From the NCBI GenBank assembly GCA_002688035.1, contig NZBU01000004.1, positions 1 through 39,806 of the forward strand: a DNA stretch of 39,806 nt, written 5' to 3'. The notes beneath the pieces were generated by a model that saw nothing but the letters and a program-made list of their open reading frames with translations, had not been told where the DNA came from and did no database searches. Below, one piece after another: positions 18,098 to 26,956 of the stretch. The position numbers and the translations under genes are program-made. Positions within the stretch are counted from its first letter, which is position 1, and the number at the start of each line of letters is the position of its first letter. The stretch comes from Candidatus Iainarchaeum sp. GTDB taxonomy: Archaea; Iainarchaeota; Iainarchaeia; Iainarchaeales; GCA-2688035.

Positions 18098-18859
18098 ATG
18101 AAAGCAGTAGTGTTGGCAGCCGGCAGAGGCATACGTTTAAGACCACTCACAAAGGACAAGCCAAAGGCCCTTGTTGAACTGAACGGAAAACCATTTCTGG
18201 AGTGGGTGCTTGATGCCCTCGGGAGCGCCGGCATTAAAAGCACTGCACTTGTTGTTGGTTATTTGGGCGAGAAAATCAAAGAGCGACTAGGCAACAATTA
18301 CAATGGAATGCAGTTACAGTACTTACAACAGGAAACACAGCTTGGAACTGCAAAAGCTATTGGGCTGGCCAAGGATTTTGTGGGAGCAGACAGTTTTATC
18401 TGCACTTACACCGATGTGATAGCCGACCAAAGAATTTTCAAAGAACTTGTCAGCGAATTTGCAGTAGACAAGGGAAACGTGTTTGATGAGGCTGTTGAAA
18501 AAGTTGACAGAAAGTTTGACGCTGTTATTGTTGGACGTAATGTGCGCGACCCATGGCGATTTGGAGCACTAAAAATTTCAGATAACAAAGTACTTGACAT
18601 TGTTGAAAAACCGATGATTGGCCAGGAGCCAAGCAAGATTATAAACGCCGGAATTTATTGGTTCTCACCAAAGATATTTGAAGCAATTGAAGCCACCAAG
18701 AAAAGCGACAGGGGCGAGTTTGAGATTACAGATAGCATCAAGATTATGGCTGTGAAGGGCAGGGTTGGATTCAAGTTGTATGATGGGAAATGTATTGACA
18801 TCAGCAGCAAGGAAGATTTAGAGGAAGCAGAGGAATTGTTAAAACAGAAAAACAAGTAG
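18098..18859 (+). CDS. Sugar-1-phosphate nucleotidyltransferase (NTP_transferase family; glucose/mannose-1-P thymidylyl/guanylyltransferase-like).
   Basis: MKAVVLAAGRGIRLRPLTKDKPKALVELNGKPFLEWVL is the classic G-x-G-T-R-L nucleotide-binding N-terminus. Length is 253 aa. Confidence 0.8.
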   Translation: MKAVVLAAGRGIRLRPLTKDKPKALVELNGKPFLEWVLDALGSAGIKSTALVVGYLGEKIKERLGNNYNGMQLQYLQQETQLGTAKAIGLAKDFVGADSFICTYTDVIADQRIFKELVSEFAVDKGNVFDEAVEKVDRKFDAVIVGRNVRDPWRFGALKISDNKVLDIVEKPMIGQEPSKIINAGIYWFSPKIFEAIEATKKSDRGEFEITDSIKIMAVKGRVGFKLYDGKCIDISSKEDLEEAEELLKQKNK

Positions 18860-18874
18860 TCCTTGAAACAATAC

Positions 18875-19567
18875 TTAGAGTTTTATTTTAATTTTTTGAC
18901 CAGGCTTTAACACAACTGCTTTTGTTTTCAGCACACTCTTCTCAATTCTCTGTTTGAACTCTTTTGGGTCCTGTTCTATCATACTGAATGTCCCAAAGTG
19001 CATTGGAATAACATACTTTGGCTTCATTGTTTTTACTGCTCTAACTGCATCCACACAATCCATGGTATATGTTCCCCCTATAGGAAGCATGGCAATATCG
19101 GTTTTTATCTCATTGAAAGAATTTGTTAATGCAGTATCTCCCGCATGGAAAACGCGCTGGTTCTCAAATTCCAGCAAAAAACCAACCGGATAGAATGCGT
19201 TTGGATGGTGTGCAGACAACGCTTTGATATTAATGTTGCGCAGGCAAAGCGACTGATCCATTCTTATCGGTGCTTTAAACCTTATTGGCACATCAAGCTC
19301 ACTCAAAATGTGATCGTGCGCAACAACACAGCAGTTCTCTTTTGCAACAATGTCCTCGATTGTTGCTTTGTCAAAGTGGTCAAAGTGTTCGTGAGTCACA
19401 AGGATCATTGCAATATTGCACAAATCCTTTTTTTTGGCACCACACTGAATAAGGCGCTTGAAATCAACAGTGTTATTCGTGGAATTGATAAAGGGGTCAA
19501 TGAGAATGTTTCGATCCGGAAAACCAACCCTAAAAAAAGAATGACCAAAGTACTGTATATCCACCAT
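18875..19567 (-). CDS. Metallo-beta-lactamase fold metal-dependent hydrolase (UPF0173-like).
   Basis: VTHEHFDHFDK (HxHxDH) plus downstream His/Asp ligands. The start was chosen at the ATG 19565-19567 (MVDIQYFGHSFFRV). Confidence 0.7.
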   Translation of the reverse strand: MVDIQYFGHSFFRVGFPDRNILIDPFINSTNNTVDFKRLIQCGAKKKDLCNIAMILVTHEHFDHFDKATIEDIVAKENCCVVAHDHILSELDVPIRFKAPIRMDQSLCLRNINIKALSAHHPNAFYPVGFLLEFENQRVFHAGDTALTNSFNEIKTDIAMLPIGGTYTMDCVDAVRAVKTMKPKYVIPMHFGTFSMIEQDPKEFKQRIEKSVLKTKAVVLKPGQKIKIKL

Positions 19568-19674
19568 ATGAGCTTCCTCTAAATAATATTCGGAGAAAGG
19601 GCATTTAAAGAGCACAGTATAGAGATAAGAAAAGATTTAAATTAAACAAAGAAATATTATATTGGGGTTATTAA

Positions 19675-20451
19675 ATGGAAAAAAAGTTTAGTTTGCTAAT
19701 TTTCACACTGTTGTTGTGTAGCATTGTTAATGCGCAAATATTTCAGATTAGCACTCACACCATAGAAATTGATGTTGATGAAACAGGGAACGCTGAGATA
19801 ACCGAGAAGTTTTTTCTGTTCTTTCCAGACAACTTTGAATTGCGCGAGTTCAGAGATCAAAGCGAAAGCATTGGCGTTGACCTTGCGGCATGGCAGGAAT
19901 TGAACAATAGTTTCAAGACAAATATTGGCCGACCTGACACTGTTGTTGTTAGTGACATTGGATTTGTGGAAACCGAGAACAAGTACTTGGAACTGAAGTA
20001 TACAATGACAGAACCTTTGATGCAGAGAACACGCGAAACCAGTAGGATGATAGAGTTTGCCCTTAATCAAAAATTCTTCAACGGTTTTTTGGAAGGAGAC
20101 TTTTTGGTTATACCAAGCAACACCACAATAATAATTGATTTGCCTGTGCAGGCAGAGATAGTTCAACCCATTAAGCCAACTGCGAGCATTTCAGGCAACA
20201 GAATAGTTTGGAATGGCTACAAAAGCACAAATGTGCTCTCGCTTGAGTATGTGCTATGGAAACAGATTTCCTCAATCAATCTCGAGGAAATATTAGAGGA
20301 CATTATGAGCAGTAATATATTTCCGATAATTATAGGAATTATTATAATATTGATACTGGGCCTCTTTTGGAAAAGAAAGACTATTTCTGGCAAAATAGGG
20401 CAGTATATCATGGAACACAGCGACCTCTCAAAAGGAGAGGAAGAAGACTAA
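19675..20451 (+). CDS. Secreted protein with N-terminal signal peptide and C-terminal TM anchor; function unknown.
   Basis: Signal peptide MEKKFSLLIFTLLLCSIVNAQ. C-terminal TM IFPIIIGIIIILILGLFW followed by a charged tail. Confidence 0.5.
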   Translation: MEKKFSLLIFTLLLCSIVNAQIFQISTHTIEIDVDETGNAEITEKFFLFFPDNFELREFRDQSESIGVDLAAWQELNNSFKTNIGRPDTVVVSDIGFVETENKYLELKYTMTEPLMQRTRETSRMIEFALNQKFFNGFLEGDFLVIPSNTTIIIDLPVQAEIVQPIKPTASISGNRIVWNGYKSTNVLSLEYVLWKQISSINLEEILEDIMSSNIFPIIIGIIIILILGLFWKRKTISGKIGQYIMEHSDLSKGEEED

Positions 20452-20480
20452 AATTAACTCTTTTTAGTGAAATAGTTACG

Positions 20481-20488
20481 TTTAAATA
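20481..20488 (+). promoter_or_regulatory. TATA-box-like element (TTTAAATA) ~32 nt upstream of the 20520 ATG, giving a short-leader or leaderless transcript.
   Basis: The sequence is cgtttaaatagg. Spacing is typical of archaeal TATA (-26/-27 relative to the TSS). Confidence 0.4.
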
Positions 20489-20519
20489 GGAGTTTTGGAC
20501 CTAATATTACTAGAGTCCC

Positions 20520-20885
20520 ATGTTTTTCGATTTTGTTAATGCTGTGATAAATCTAGACTTCGGTTGGTTCGTTTGGTTAGTGTCAGCCAACATTTTTTGG
20601 CTGTTTGCCTTTATTGCACTGTGCTTCTTCTTTTGGGACGGGAAGACAAACAAGACAATTGCAGGACTTTTCCTGCTCAGTGTTGTGGCCTGGACCTGGA
20701 TAGACTTCGAGCTCATGAGCGGATGGATTCTATTTGTCGGAGGATTCCTTTCAGTTTACTACATAACAAAAGTTGCGATCTTGACTTTTGCAGAGAATAC
20801 GCCTTCACTTCAAAACAAACTTATCATAGTGAGTGAGATACGGTTCCTGGCTCTGCTCCTAATATACAATCTTTTCATGAGGTAG
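20520..20885 (+). CDS. Small polytopic membrane protein, cassette gene A1 (121 aa).
   Basis: Three or four TM helices. The N-terminal motif NAVINLDFGWFVWLVSANIFW is shared with A2 (21069-21434). Confidence 0.5.
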   Translation: MFFDFVNAVINLDFGWFVWLVSANIFWLFAFIALCFFFWDGKTNKTIAGLFLLSVVAWTWIDFELMSGWILFVGGFLSVYYITKVAILTFAENTPSLQNKLIIVSEIRFLALLLIYNLFMR

Positions 20886-20891
20886 AAAAAA

Positions 20892-21068
20892 ATGGGTTGG
20901 TTCAAAAAAGCAGTATTTGGGATGTGCTTTATGCTCTTTATATTCATAGCCATCATTTTTTTGGAGGCTGCTGGCGCAAATCCTTTTGACTCCGGCTTTA
21001 TAACTGTTGGGGGCCTGATGCTATTGCTTGGAATGGGAATCTTTGAAACAAATCTTGTTACGTTGTAG
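20892..21068 (+). CDS. Small membrane protein, cassette gene B1 (58 aa). It is not in the ORF track because it is under 60 aa.
   Basis: ATG at 20892 preceded by GAGGTAG (SD-like). It translates to MGWFKKAVFGMCFMLFIFIAIIFLEAAGANPFDSGFITVGGLMLLLGMGIFETNLVTL, a paralog of B2 (21441-21626). Confidence 0.45.
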   Translation: MGWFKKAVFGMCFMLFIFIAIIFLEAAGANPFDSGFITVGGLMLLLGMGIFETNLVTL

Positions 21069-21434
21069 GTGAAAAAATTGGTTTTCTTGGATGCATTGAA
21101 TGCGCTGTTTCAGCTTGATTTTGGGTGGTTCATATGGTTACTTGGAGCAAATATCCATTGGGCATTTATCTTTGCAATGACCATGGTTTTCTTTCAGAAA
21201 AGAAAGAAGCATAGGCTATTCTATTTGGGCATGCTTATCATTTTGCTCTGGGCATTCTCAGACTTAATGAATATACTGGGCTGGCATATTTCTGTTGAAA
21301 TGCAATTTTGGCTTATCTCGGGAAACATTGCTTTGGAGGCAACGTCTGACGCAAAGATCTTCAAGAGACACAAGGCGTGGATTGGCCTTGGATTATTCTT
21401 TGCATTATGGGTAGTTTTCAACTTATTGATGTGA
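21069..21434 (+). CDS. Small polytopic membrane protein, cassette gene A2 (paralog of A1).
   Basis: LDALNALFQLDFGWFIWLLGANIHW aligns with the A1 N-terminus. Non-ATG start (GTG 21069 or TTG 21078). Confidence 0.5.
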   Translation: MKKLVFLDALNALFQLDFGWFIWLLGANIHWAFIFAMTMVFFQKRKKHRLFYLGMLIILLWAFSDLMNILGWHISVEMQFWLISGNIALEATSDAKIFKRHKAWIGLGLFFALWVVFNLLM

Positions 21435-21440
21435 AAAAAA

Positions 21441-21626
21441 ATGGGAAACGGAGAACCAAGTTTGAAGAAAGCTTTTTTCGGCGGAACAACCTTTGTGTTG
21501 TTCTCATTCATTGCGCTAGGTATACTTACCGCTTTGGGAATTAATGAGTTTGAAAACCTTTTTACCGAAGCCGGTTTGCTTGCATTTGCCGGAATGATTT
21601 ACGCAGTATACATTGATACAACCTAG
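21441..21626 (+). CDS. Small membrane protein, cassette gene B2 (61 aa).
   Basis: MGNGEPSLKKAFFGGTTFVLFSFIALGILTALGINEFENLF... is a paralog of B1 (KKA.FG..F.LF.FIA...G.N.F...F...GLL...GM). Confidence 0.45.
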   Translation: MGNGEPSLKKAFFGGTTFVLFSFIALGILTALGINEFENLFTEAGLLAFAGMIYAVYIDTT

Positions 21627-21634
21627 GTGATTTT

Positions 21635-21850
21635 ATGGGGGAAGACAAAAAAAATGAGCCAAAACAGGATGAAGGCAGATGGTACAATATTGCATTGCAC
21701 TCAATACGATTCTTCGTATTTGCATTTATCCTATTACTGGCTGCATATACCCAGGGGTTCACAGAACTGAAACCAATGGTGAGTTTGCAGGGTGCAGTAA
21801 TACTATTTGCAGCAAGTGTGATTGTAAGTTTTGTGGAAAATTTAGCCTAA
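21635..21850 (+). CDS. Small membrane protein C (71 aa), the last gene of the small-membrane-protein array.
   Basis: ATG preceded by AGGTGAT (SD). Two hydrophobic helices. Confidence 0.4.
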   Translation: MGEDKKNEPKQDEGRWYNIALHSIRFFVFAFILLLAAYTQGFTELKPMVSLQGAVILFAASVIVSFVENLA

Positions 21851-22339
21851 GCGCTTGCTTTCTACGGGTGAACCGCAGTCAGGGCACTTGGTAACAAGGA
21901 CATTGGGCGGAAAGCCTCTGCCACAGCCTTTGCAGCGTTTTTTGAAAGAAATTGTTTTCTCTATTTTTCCACGAATAACAGAATTAAATTTGAAGCCAAG
22001 GACCTTACAAAAGTTTTGGATGCTGTAATCATCGGTGAGCATAACAAAAATGCGATTCTCGCGCTGTAAATCAAGGGCGAGTGCGAGCAATGAAACATCA
22101 GGAATACTGAGTCTTGTGAACCCTTTTTCTTTTGCAAGAGCATTTATTCTTTCAGTGCTGTCCTGGCTTGGCTCCCTTGTCTTGAGCAAACCATTCTGTA
22201 AAGCATTAGCCACAAGATTCTTGCTGCGCATATCCCTGAACTCGTCAACAATCAGGGGTGTTGTGAGAAAGTCCTCCCCGCTGTTGAAATAAAAACCCTC
22301 GTCATTGAGAACTGCCGCCGAATCCAACAATTGAATCAT
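21842..22339 (-). CDS. nob1: Nob1 endonuclease (PIN domain + C-terminal zinc ribbon; 16S rRNA 3'-end maturation).
   Basis: 165 aa. PIN-like N-terminus (MIQLLDSAAVLN..., TTPLIVDEF, SIPDVSLLALALDL, MLTDDYSIQNF). C-terminal CKGCG....CPDCG zinc ribbon. Confidence 0.75.
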   Translation of the reverse strand: MIQLLDSAAVLNDEGFYFNSGEDFLTTPLIVDEFRDMRSKNLVANALQNGLLKTREPSQDSTERINALAKEKGFTRLSIPDVSLLALALDLQRENRIFVMLTDDYSIQNFCKVLGFKFNSVIRGKIEKTISFKKRCKGCGRGFPPNVLVTKCPDCGSPVESKRLG

Positions 22340-22370
22340 ACTATCACAAACATTTTACTTATTAATCTTT

Positions 22371-22378
22371 TATATATT
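22371..22378 (+). promoter_or_regulatory. TATA-like box (TATATATT) in the 72-bp divergent nob1/pheS intergenic region.
   Basis: ctttTATATATTaa lies ~34-41 nt upstream of the proposed pheS TTG start at 22412. Confidence 0.35.
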
Positions 22379-22411
22379 AAATACTTTAAAATCATTGGAA
22401 AGGCGTTTTTT

Positions 22412-23878
22412 TTGGATACAGGCAAAATAGCAGCAAGTCTATCAGAAATAGAAAGGCGAACACTAAAGGCTTTGGACAAGGGCAAGGGGAAGAGTCCTAG
22501 AGATATATCCGAGGAGGCGAAGTTGCCGATTGATTCTGCGAGACGCGCGCTGCAGTGGCTCAAGGAGAAAAGCCTAATTGATCTAAGCGAACGCAAGGAG
22601 AAAAGTCTTAAGCTGATGCCTGCCGGAAAAAGCAGTCTTAGGAAAGGACTTCCAGAGAAAATGTTTGTTGAAGCCCTTGCGGAATTAAATGGCAAGGCAC
22701 TGATGGGTGCTGTGAGAAAAAAAAGCCAGTTAAACACCCCGGAGTATCATGCCGCCATGGGCCTGGCAAAGAGAAACGCGTGGATTTCTATTCAAAAGAC
22801 TGATAAAGGAATTGAGTTAGAGCTCACAGGACTTGAGAAAGACTTGCTTGAGGGAAAATATTCTCTGGAGAAAGCGCTTCGGGCAACTGAGGGCAAAGAG
22901 AGTGTGGATGAGAAAGATAAAGGTGAATTGTTGAAAAGAGGTTTGGCAGAGGAAACCATGAACATTGAGAGAACCGCGCTGCTAAACGCAAACGGAGAAA
23001 CCATACTAAAGCAACTTGAAAGTGTTGGAAAAAGGACTTACAATGTACAGGGCGAAGTGCCGAGAATATTCATTGGAAAGAAACAGCCTTACATTCAATT
23101 TTTGAACCAACTGAGAAAAAAACTGATTTCCCTTGGATTTAAGGAAATGCAGGAAAGGCTGATTGTACAGGAATTTTACAATTTTGACGTGCTGTTCCAG
23201 CCACAAAACCACCCTGCGCGCAGTTGGACTGACACCTACCAGTTAAAGCAACCAACATTTGGAAGACTACCTGACAAGAAAATAGTGGCAAAAGTAAAGG
23301 CCGCACATGAGAATGGCGGGGGAACAGGTAGCAGGGGCTGGGAATACAAGTGGGATGAAAAGATTGCTTCAAGACTAATGCCGTGCGCACATGGGACAAC
23401 AGCTGATGCACGACAATTAGTTGAGGGAGTTGATGTTCCTGGAAAATACTTTGTGATAAACAGATGTTATAGGCCCGATGTTTTGGATGCAACACACTTG
23501 GTTGAGTTTAATCAACTTGACGGTTTTGTTGTGGGGGAGGATATGAATTTTAGGCATTTGCTCGGAATACTCAAAGAGATTGCAATAGAGGTTGGCGGAG
23601 CAGAGGAAGTAAAATTTTTCCCTGACTACTATCCATTCACAGAACCAAGCGTGCAATTGTCTGCAAAACACCCCCAACTCGGTTGGGTGGAACTTGCCGG
23701 AGCAGGGATCTTCAGACCCGAAATGATTGAACCCCTTGGAATAAAAGGACGGGCAATAGCCTGGGGTCTTGGAATTGATAGGCTGGCGGCATTCAAACTT
23801 GGAATATCAGATATTAGATATTTATTTGCACAGGACCTTGGATGGTTGAGAGACAGCAAAATGGTGAAGGTGGACTAA
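22412..23878 (+). CDS. pheS: Phenylalanine--tRNA ligase alpha subunit (archaeal type).
   Basis: The C-terminal class II core has FRPEMIEPLGI, GAGIFRPE and GLGIDRLA. There is no in-frame ATG near the N-terminus. The proposed start is TTG 22412, preceded by GGAAAGG. The ORF-track TTG at 22331 would overlap nob1. Confidence 0.8.
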   Translation: MDTGKIAASLSEIERRTLKALDKGKGKSPRDISEEAKLPIDSARRALQWLKEKSLIDLSERKEKSLKLMPAGKSSLRKGLPEKMFVEALAELNGKALMGAVRKKSQLNTPEYHAAMGLAKRNAWISIQKTDKGIELELTGLEKDLLEGKYSLEKALRATEGKESVDEKDKGELLKRGLAEETMNIERTALLNANGETILKQLESVGKRTYNVQGEVPRIFIGKKQPYIQFLNQLRKKLISLGFKEMQERLIVQEFYNFDVLFQPQNHPARSWTDTYQLKQPTFGRLPDKKIVAKVKAAHENGGGTGSRGWEYKWDEKIASRLMPCAHGTTADARQLVEGVDVPGKYFVINRCYRPDVLDATHLVEFNQLDGFVVGEDMNFRHLLGILKEIAIEVGGAEEVKFFPDYYPFTEPSVQLSAKHPQLGWVELAGAGIFRPEMIEPLGIKGRAIAWGLGIDRLAAFKLGISDIRYLFAQDLGWLRDSKMVKVD

Positions 23879-23879
23879 G

Positions 23880-25526
23880 ATGCCGAATGTTAACGTTAGT
23901 CTAAAGGATATTGGAAAGCTTGTTGGGAAAAAACTCTCAGTCAAAGAGTTCAAAGAAGCTGTTCTTTATGCCAAAGGCGAAGTTGATGCCATTGAAGGAG
24001 ATATGATAACTGTTGATATGAAAGATACTAACAGACCAGACCTGTTGTCCGCAGAGGGACTTGCACGAGAAATTAGAAGCAGGATTACGAGGGACAGGGG
24101 AATTACAAAATATAAGATTAGAAAGGGCAATATTGAACTCCTGGTTGATAAGAACGTTGCAAACATTCGACCATATATCGCGGCCGCAATAGTGAAGAAT
24201 GTGAAAGTTACAGAAGACTTTCTTATCCAAATAATACAATTGCAGGAAAAAGTTTGCCTGACGTTTGGGCGAAAAAGAAAGGAAGCGGCCATTGGATTAT
24301 ATGACTGGACAAAGTTGAAGGGCCCAATGCATTATAGGGCCTACAAGCCGCGTGAGAAAAAGTTTATTCCACTCGAGTACAAAGTTGAAATGGATTTGGA
24401 GGAAATACTCGAGGACCATCCGACAGGAAGAGAATACAAACACTTGCTCGAGGGTAAGAACAAATACCCAATATTTGAAGATAATAATGGAGTGGTTGCT
24501 TCAATGCCGCCTATAATTAATTCGCAGATTACAGGAAAGGTCAGCGAGAACACGAAAGAGGTTCTTGTAGAAGTAACAGGGCATAATCAAGAAAGAGTGA
24601 ATACTGCTCTCAATGTAATGGTGTCAGCACTTGCCGAACGTGGTTTTGATATTTATAGTGTAAAAGTGCGTTACCCAAATAGGACTGTTATTACTCCGGA
24701 TTTTACTCCAAAGAAGGTGAGTGTTAACCTTGATAGTATTCGTAGTTTCTCTGGAATGGATTTGAGCAACAAGCAGATAGTAGAGCTGTTGCAAAAAGCA
24801 AGGTATGATGCAAAGATAAGCGGGAAGAAGGTAGTTTGCCAATATCCCTCTTACAGGCAGGATATTTTGCACCCTGTTGATGTTATTGAGGATGTATTGA
24901 TCTCCTATGGATATGGAAATATAGAGCCCACTTCGATAGAAAGCGCAACTATCGGTTCCGAGAGAATTGAAACCAAACAAGTTGATTTGGCGCGAGACAT
25001 TTGTGTTGGATTAGGTTTACAAGAAATTCTAACATATACAATGACCTCAAAGAAAAAGCAAACCGAGACTATAGATCTAGATCCTGAGAAAGAGAAGTTT
25101 GTTGAGATAGAAAATCCGATGAGTGAGAACTATGCGATTTTCAGGAAGCGATTGTTTCCAGAACTTCTGGAATTCCTTTCAAAAAACAAGCACAATAGTT
25201 ATCCTCAGAAAATCTTTGAGGTTGGGAAGACACTGGAACTTGATGCTAAAAGTGAAACAGGGGTAAACGAGAAGAACACCTTGTGTATCATTCTTATTGG
25301 AAAGGGCGCAGAGTTTAACACAATTAAAAGTGTGTTGGATGCTATAACCTCAAACAAAGGGGAAACATATTCTTTGAAAGAAACACAACTGCCTTTCTTG
25401 GAGAAAGGAAAACAAGCCGAATTGGCCCTTGGAAAGAGAAAGGGTTTCATTGGCGAGGTCTCAAAGTCAACACTCAACAAGTTTGGACTTGAACAGAAGA
25501 CGGTTGTACTTGAATTGGAAATCTAG
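23880..25526 (+). CDS. pheT: Phenylalanine--tRNA ligase beta subunit (archaeal type).
   Basis: 548 aa. MPNVNVSLKDIGKLVGKKLSVKEFKEAVLYAKGEV gives the B3/B4 N-terminus. It directly follows pheS, 1-nt gap. Confidence 0.9.
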   Translation: MPNVNVSLKDIGKLVGKKLSVKEFKEAVLYAKGEVDAIEGDMITVDMKDTNRPDLLSAEGLAREIRSRITRDRGITKYKIRKGNIELLVDKNVANIRPYIAAAIVKNVKVTEDFLIQIIQLQEKVCLTFGRKRKEAAIGLYDWTKLKGPMHYRAYKPREKKFIPLEYKVEMDLEEILEDHPTGREYKHLLEGKNKYPIFEDNNGVVASMPPIINSQITGKVSENTKEVLVEVTGHNQERVNTALNVMVSALAERGFDIYSVKVRYPNRTVITPDFTPKKVSVNLDSIRSFSGMDLSNKQIVELLQKARYDAKISGKKVVCQYPSYRQDILHPVDVIEDVLISYGYGNIEPTSIESATIGSERIETKQVDLARDICVGLGLQEILTYTMTSKKKQTETIDLDPEKEKFVEIENPMSENYAIFRKRLFPELLEFLSKNKHNSYPQKIFEVGKTLELDAKSETGVNEKNTLCIILIGKGAEFNTIKSVLDAITSNKGETYSLKETQLPFLEKGKQAELALGKRKGFIGEVSKSTLNKFGLEQKTVVLELEI

Positions 25527-26915
25527 TTAGAATAAAGTTGTCTGCTTTTGGCTTTCCTCGGGGTCTGGTTCTTCTTTGACTTCAACAGGCTCATCCACTT
25601 TAGGCAAAGGAGTTGAAATTGCCTCTAAAGGTTTTCTCTTTGCAATCATCACTTCCTGCTTTATTTTTTGGGATTCTTCAAAAATGTTCTGAACTTTTTT
25701 TGCAGATGGCTTAGTTTCAAGGATAAATGCTATTTCCTTTTCGTTTAATTCAAATTCGGCTGCAATCTTGGGGGCAAGGGTCTTGTCCTGAAAAATGAGC
25801 TTCATGAAGGGTAAGTCCTCGGTAGAAACTTTTTTGCTGCTACTGTGTGTTTTCAACCCAATCTTTCGAGTGAGTTCTTTTTTGAGATTTCTACGGGCGG
25901 AAGAAGCTCTAAGATTCTTTAGCAATTGAGGGAACTGCAGCTTCAGCCAACCATGGTACTCATTTTGTTTGCTTAAAGCGACTCCTGATGTGAAGAGTTC
26001 ACTACTGTATCGCTTGAAACCATAGTGTTGTCTGCGCATTATGCGGCCCTCAAAAATGTCGGCCCTGGATAATACATCAAATGCTCTCGCAGTATCTCCT
26101 ATATCAGAATAAACTCTTGGAATATTCTCCTCAACCCATCGGAATAATAAGTCATCACTTACTTCGCTTTGGAAACGTGCCTTTCTCACTTCCCCCACCG
26201 TTTTTCCTTTAAAGATTTTATCTAGAACGTTGAAAACATTCTCTTGCCTCTCACGATAGCCTAATTGTTCAACATTTGAAAATGAAATGGGGCCGCTGAA
26301 AGAAAGCGCCTGTGTGTCCAAAAGAGCAGAGCGAAAGTCCCCCCCACAATTTCTAGCGAGAAGTTTTATTGCTTCAGGGTCAAAAGATATTTTTTCAGAT
26401 TCCAAAATTGCGCGCAATCGCTTTGCAATGCTTAAATAGTTTATTTTTTTGAATTGGCGCAATTCACATTGCTCTCTGATGGGTAAAAGTTTTTGATTTG
26501 AATAAATGTCGTTGGCAGTCAAAATAACTGGATTGTTTGATTCTTTAAGAATTTTTACTATTGCTGCTGCACCCCCCCTATCTCGGGCTTGTAGTCCGTC
26601 AACCTCATCCAAAAGTATTAGCCTTCGCTTGCCACTGAAAGACGCACCCTGCGAGGCCGCTCCCACTAGTCTTTCAATTACATCCTTTGTTCTAAAGTCA
26701 CTTGCATTAAGCTCGAAGAGCTCCCAGCCAAAGTGCTGTGCAAGTAAGATAGCCAGACAGGTTTTTCCGGTTCCGGTATTTCCAAAAAAAAGTAGAGGTT
26801 TTCCTTTCCCCCCCTTGTCCCATTCTTCAGCCCATTTCACAGCGTGCTCTACTATTTCGACGTTTCCAATAAACTGTTCAAAGTTCTGTGGAAAGTAGTT
26901 ATCTGGCCAAAGCAT
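25527..26915 (-). CDS. rfcL: Replication factor C large subunit.
   Basis: The N-terminus is MLWPDNYFPQNFEQFIGNVE. Walker A is FFGNTGTGKTCLA and Walker B is ILLDEVD. There is a long C-terminal extension with an acidic tail ending QKQTTLF (PIP-like). Confidence 0.85.
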   Translation of the reverse strand: MLWPDNYFPQNFEQFIGNVEIVEHAVKWAEEWDKGGKGKPLLFFGNTGTGKTCLAILLAQHFGWELFELNASDFRTKDVIERLVGAASQGASFSGKRRLILLDEVDGLQARDRGGAAAIVKILKESNNPVILTANDIYSNQKLLPIREQCELRQFKKINYLSIAKRLRAILESEKISFDPEAIKLLARNCGGDFRSALLDTQALSFSGPISFSNVEQLGYRERQENVFNVLDKIFKGKTVGEVRKARFQSEVSDDLLFRWVEENIPRVYSDIGDTARAFDVLSRADIFEGRIMRRQHYGFKRYSSELFTSGVALSKQNEYHGWLKLQFPQLLKNLRASSARRNLKKELTRKIGLKTHSSSKKVSTEDLPFMKLIFQDKTLAPKIAAEFELNEKEIAFILETKPSAKKVQNIFEESQKIKQEVMIAKRKPLEAISTPLPKVDEPVEVKEEPDPEESQKQTTLF

Positions 26916-26956
26916 GAAAGATTTTGCCTAGAAAACCAATAAAACATTATCCAAAG

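Noticed and set aside
19696-20166. A minus-strand 156-aa ORF antisense to the 19675-20451 secreted-protein gene.
   Set aside because: The sense ORF has a clean signal peptide and TM anchor. The antisense ORF shows no recognisable motifs or domain architecture.
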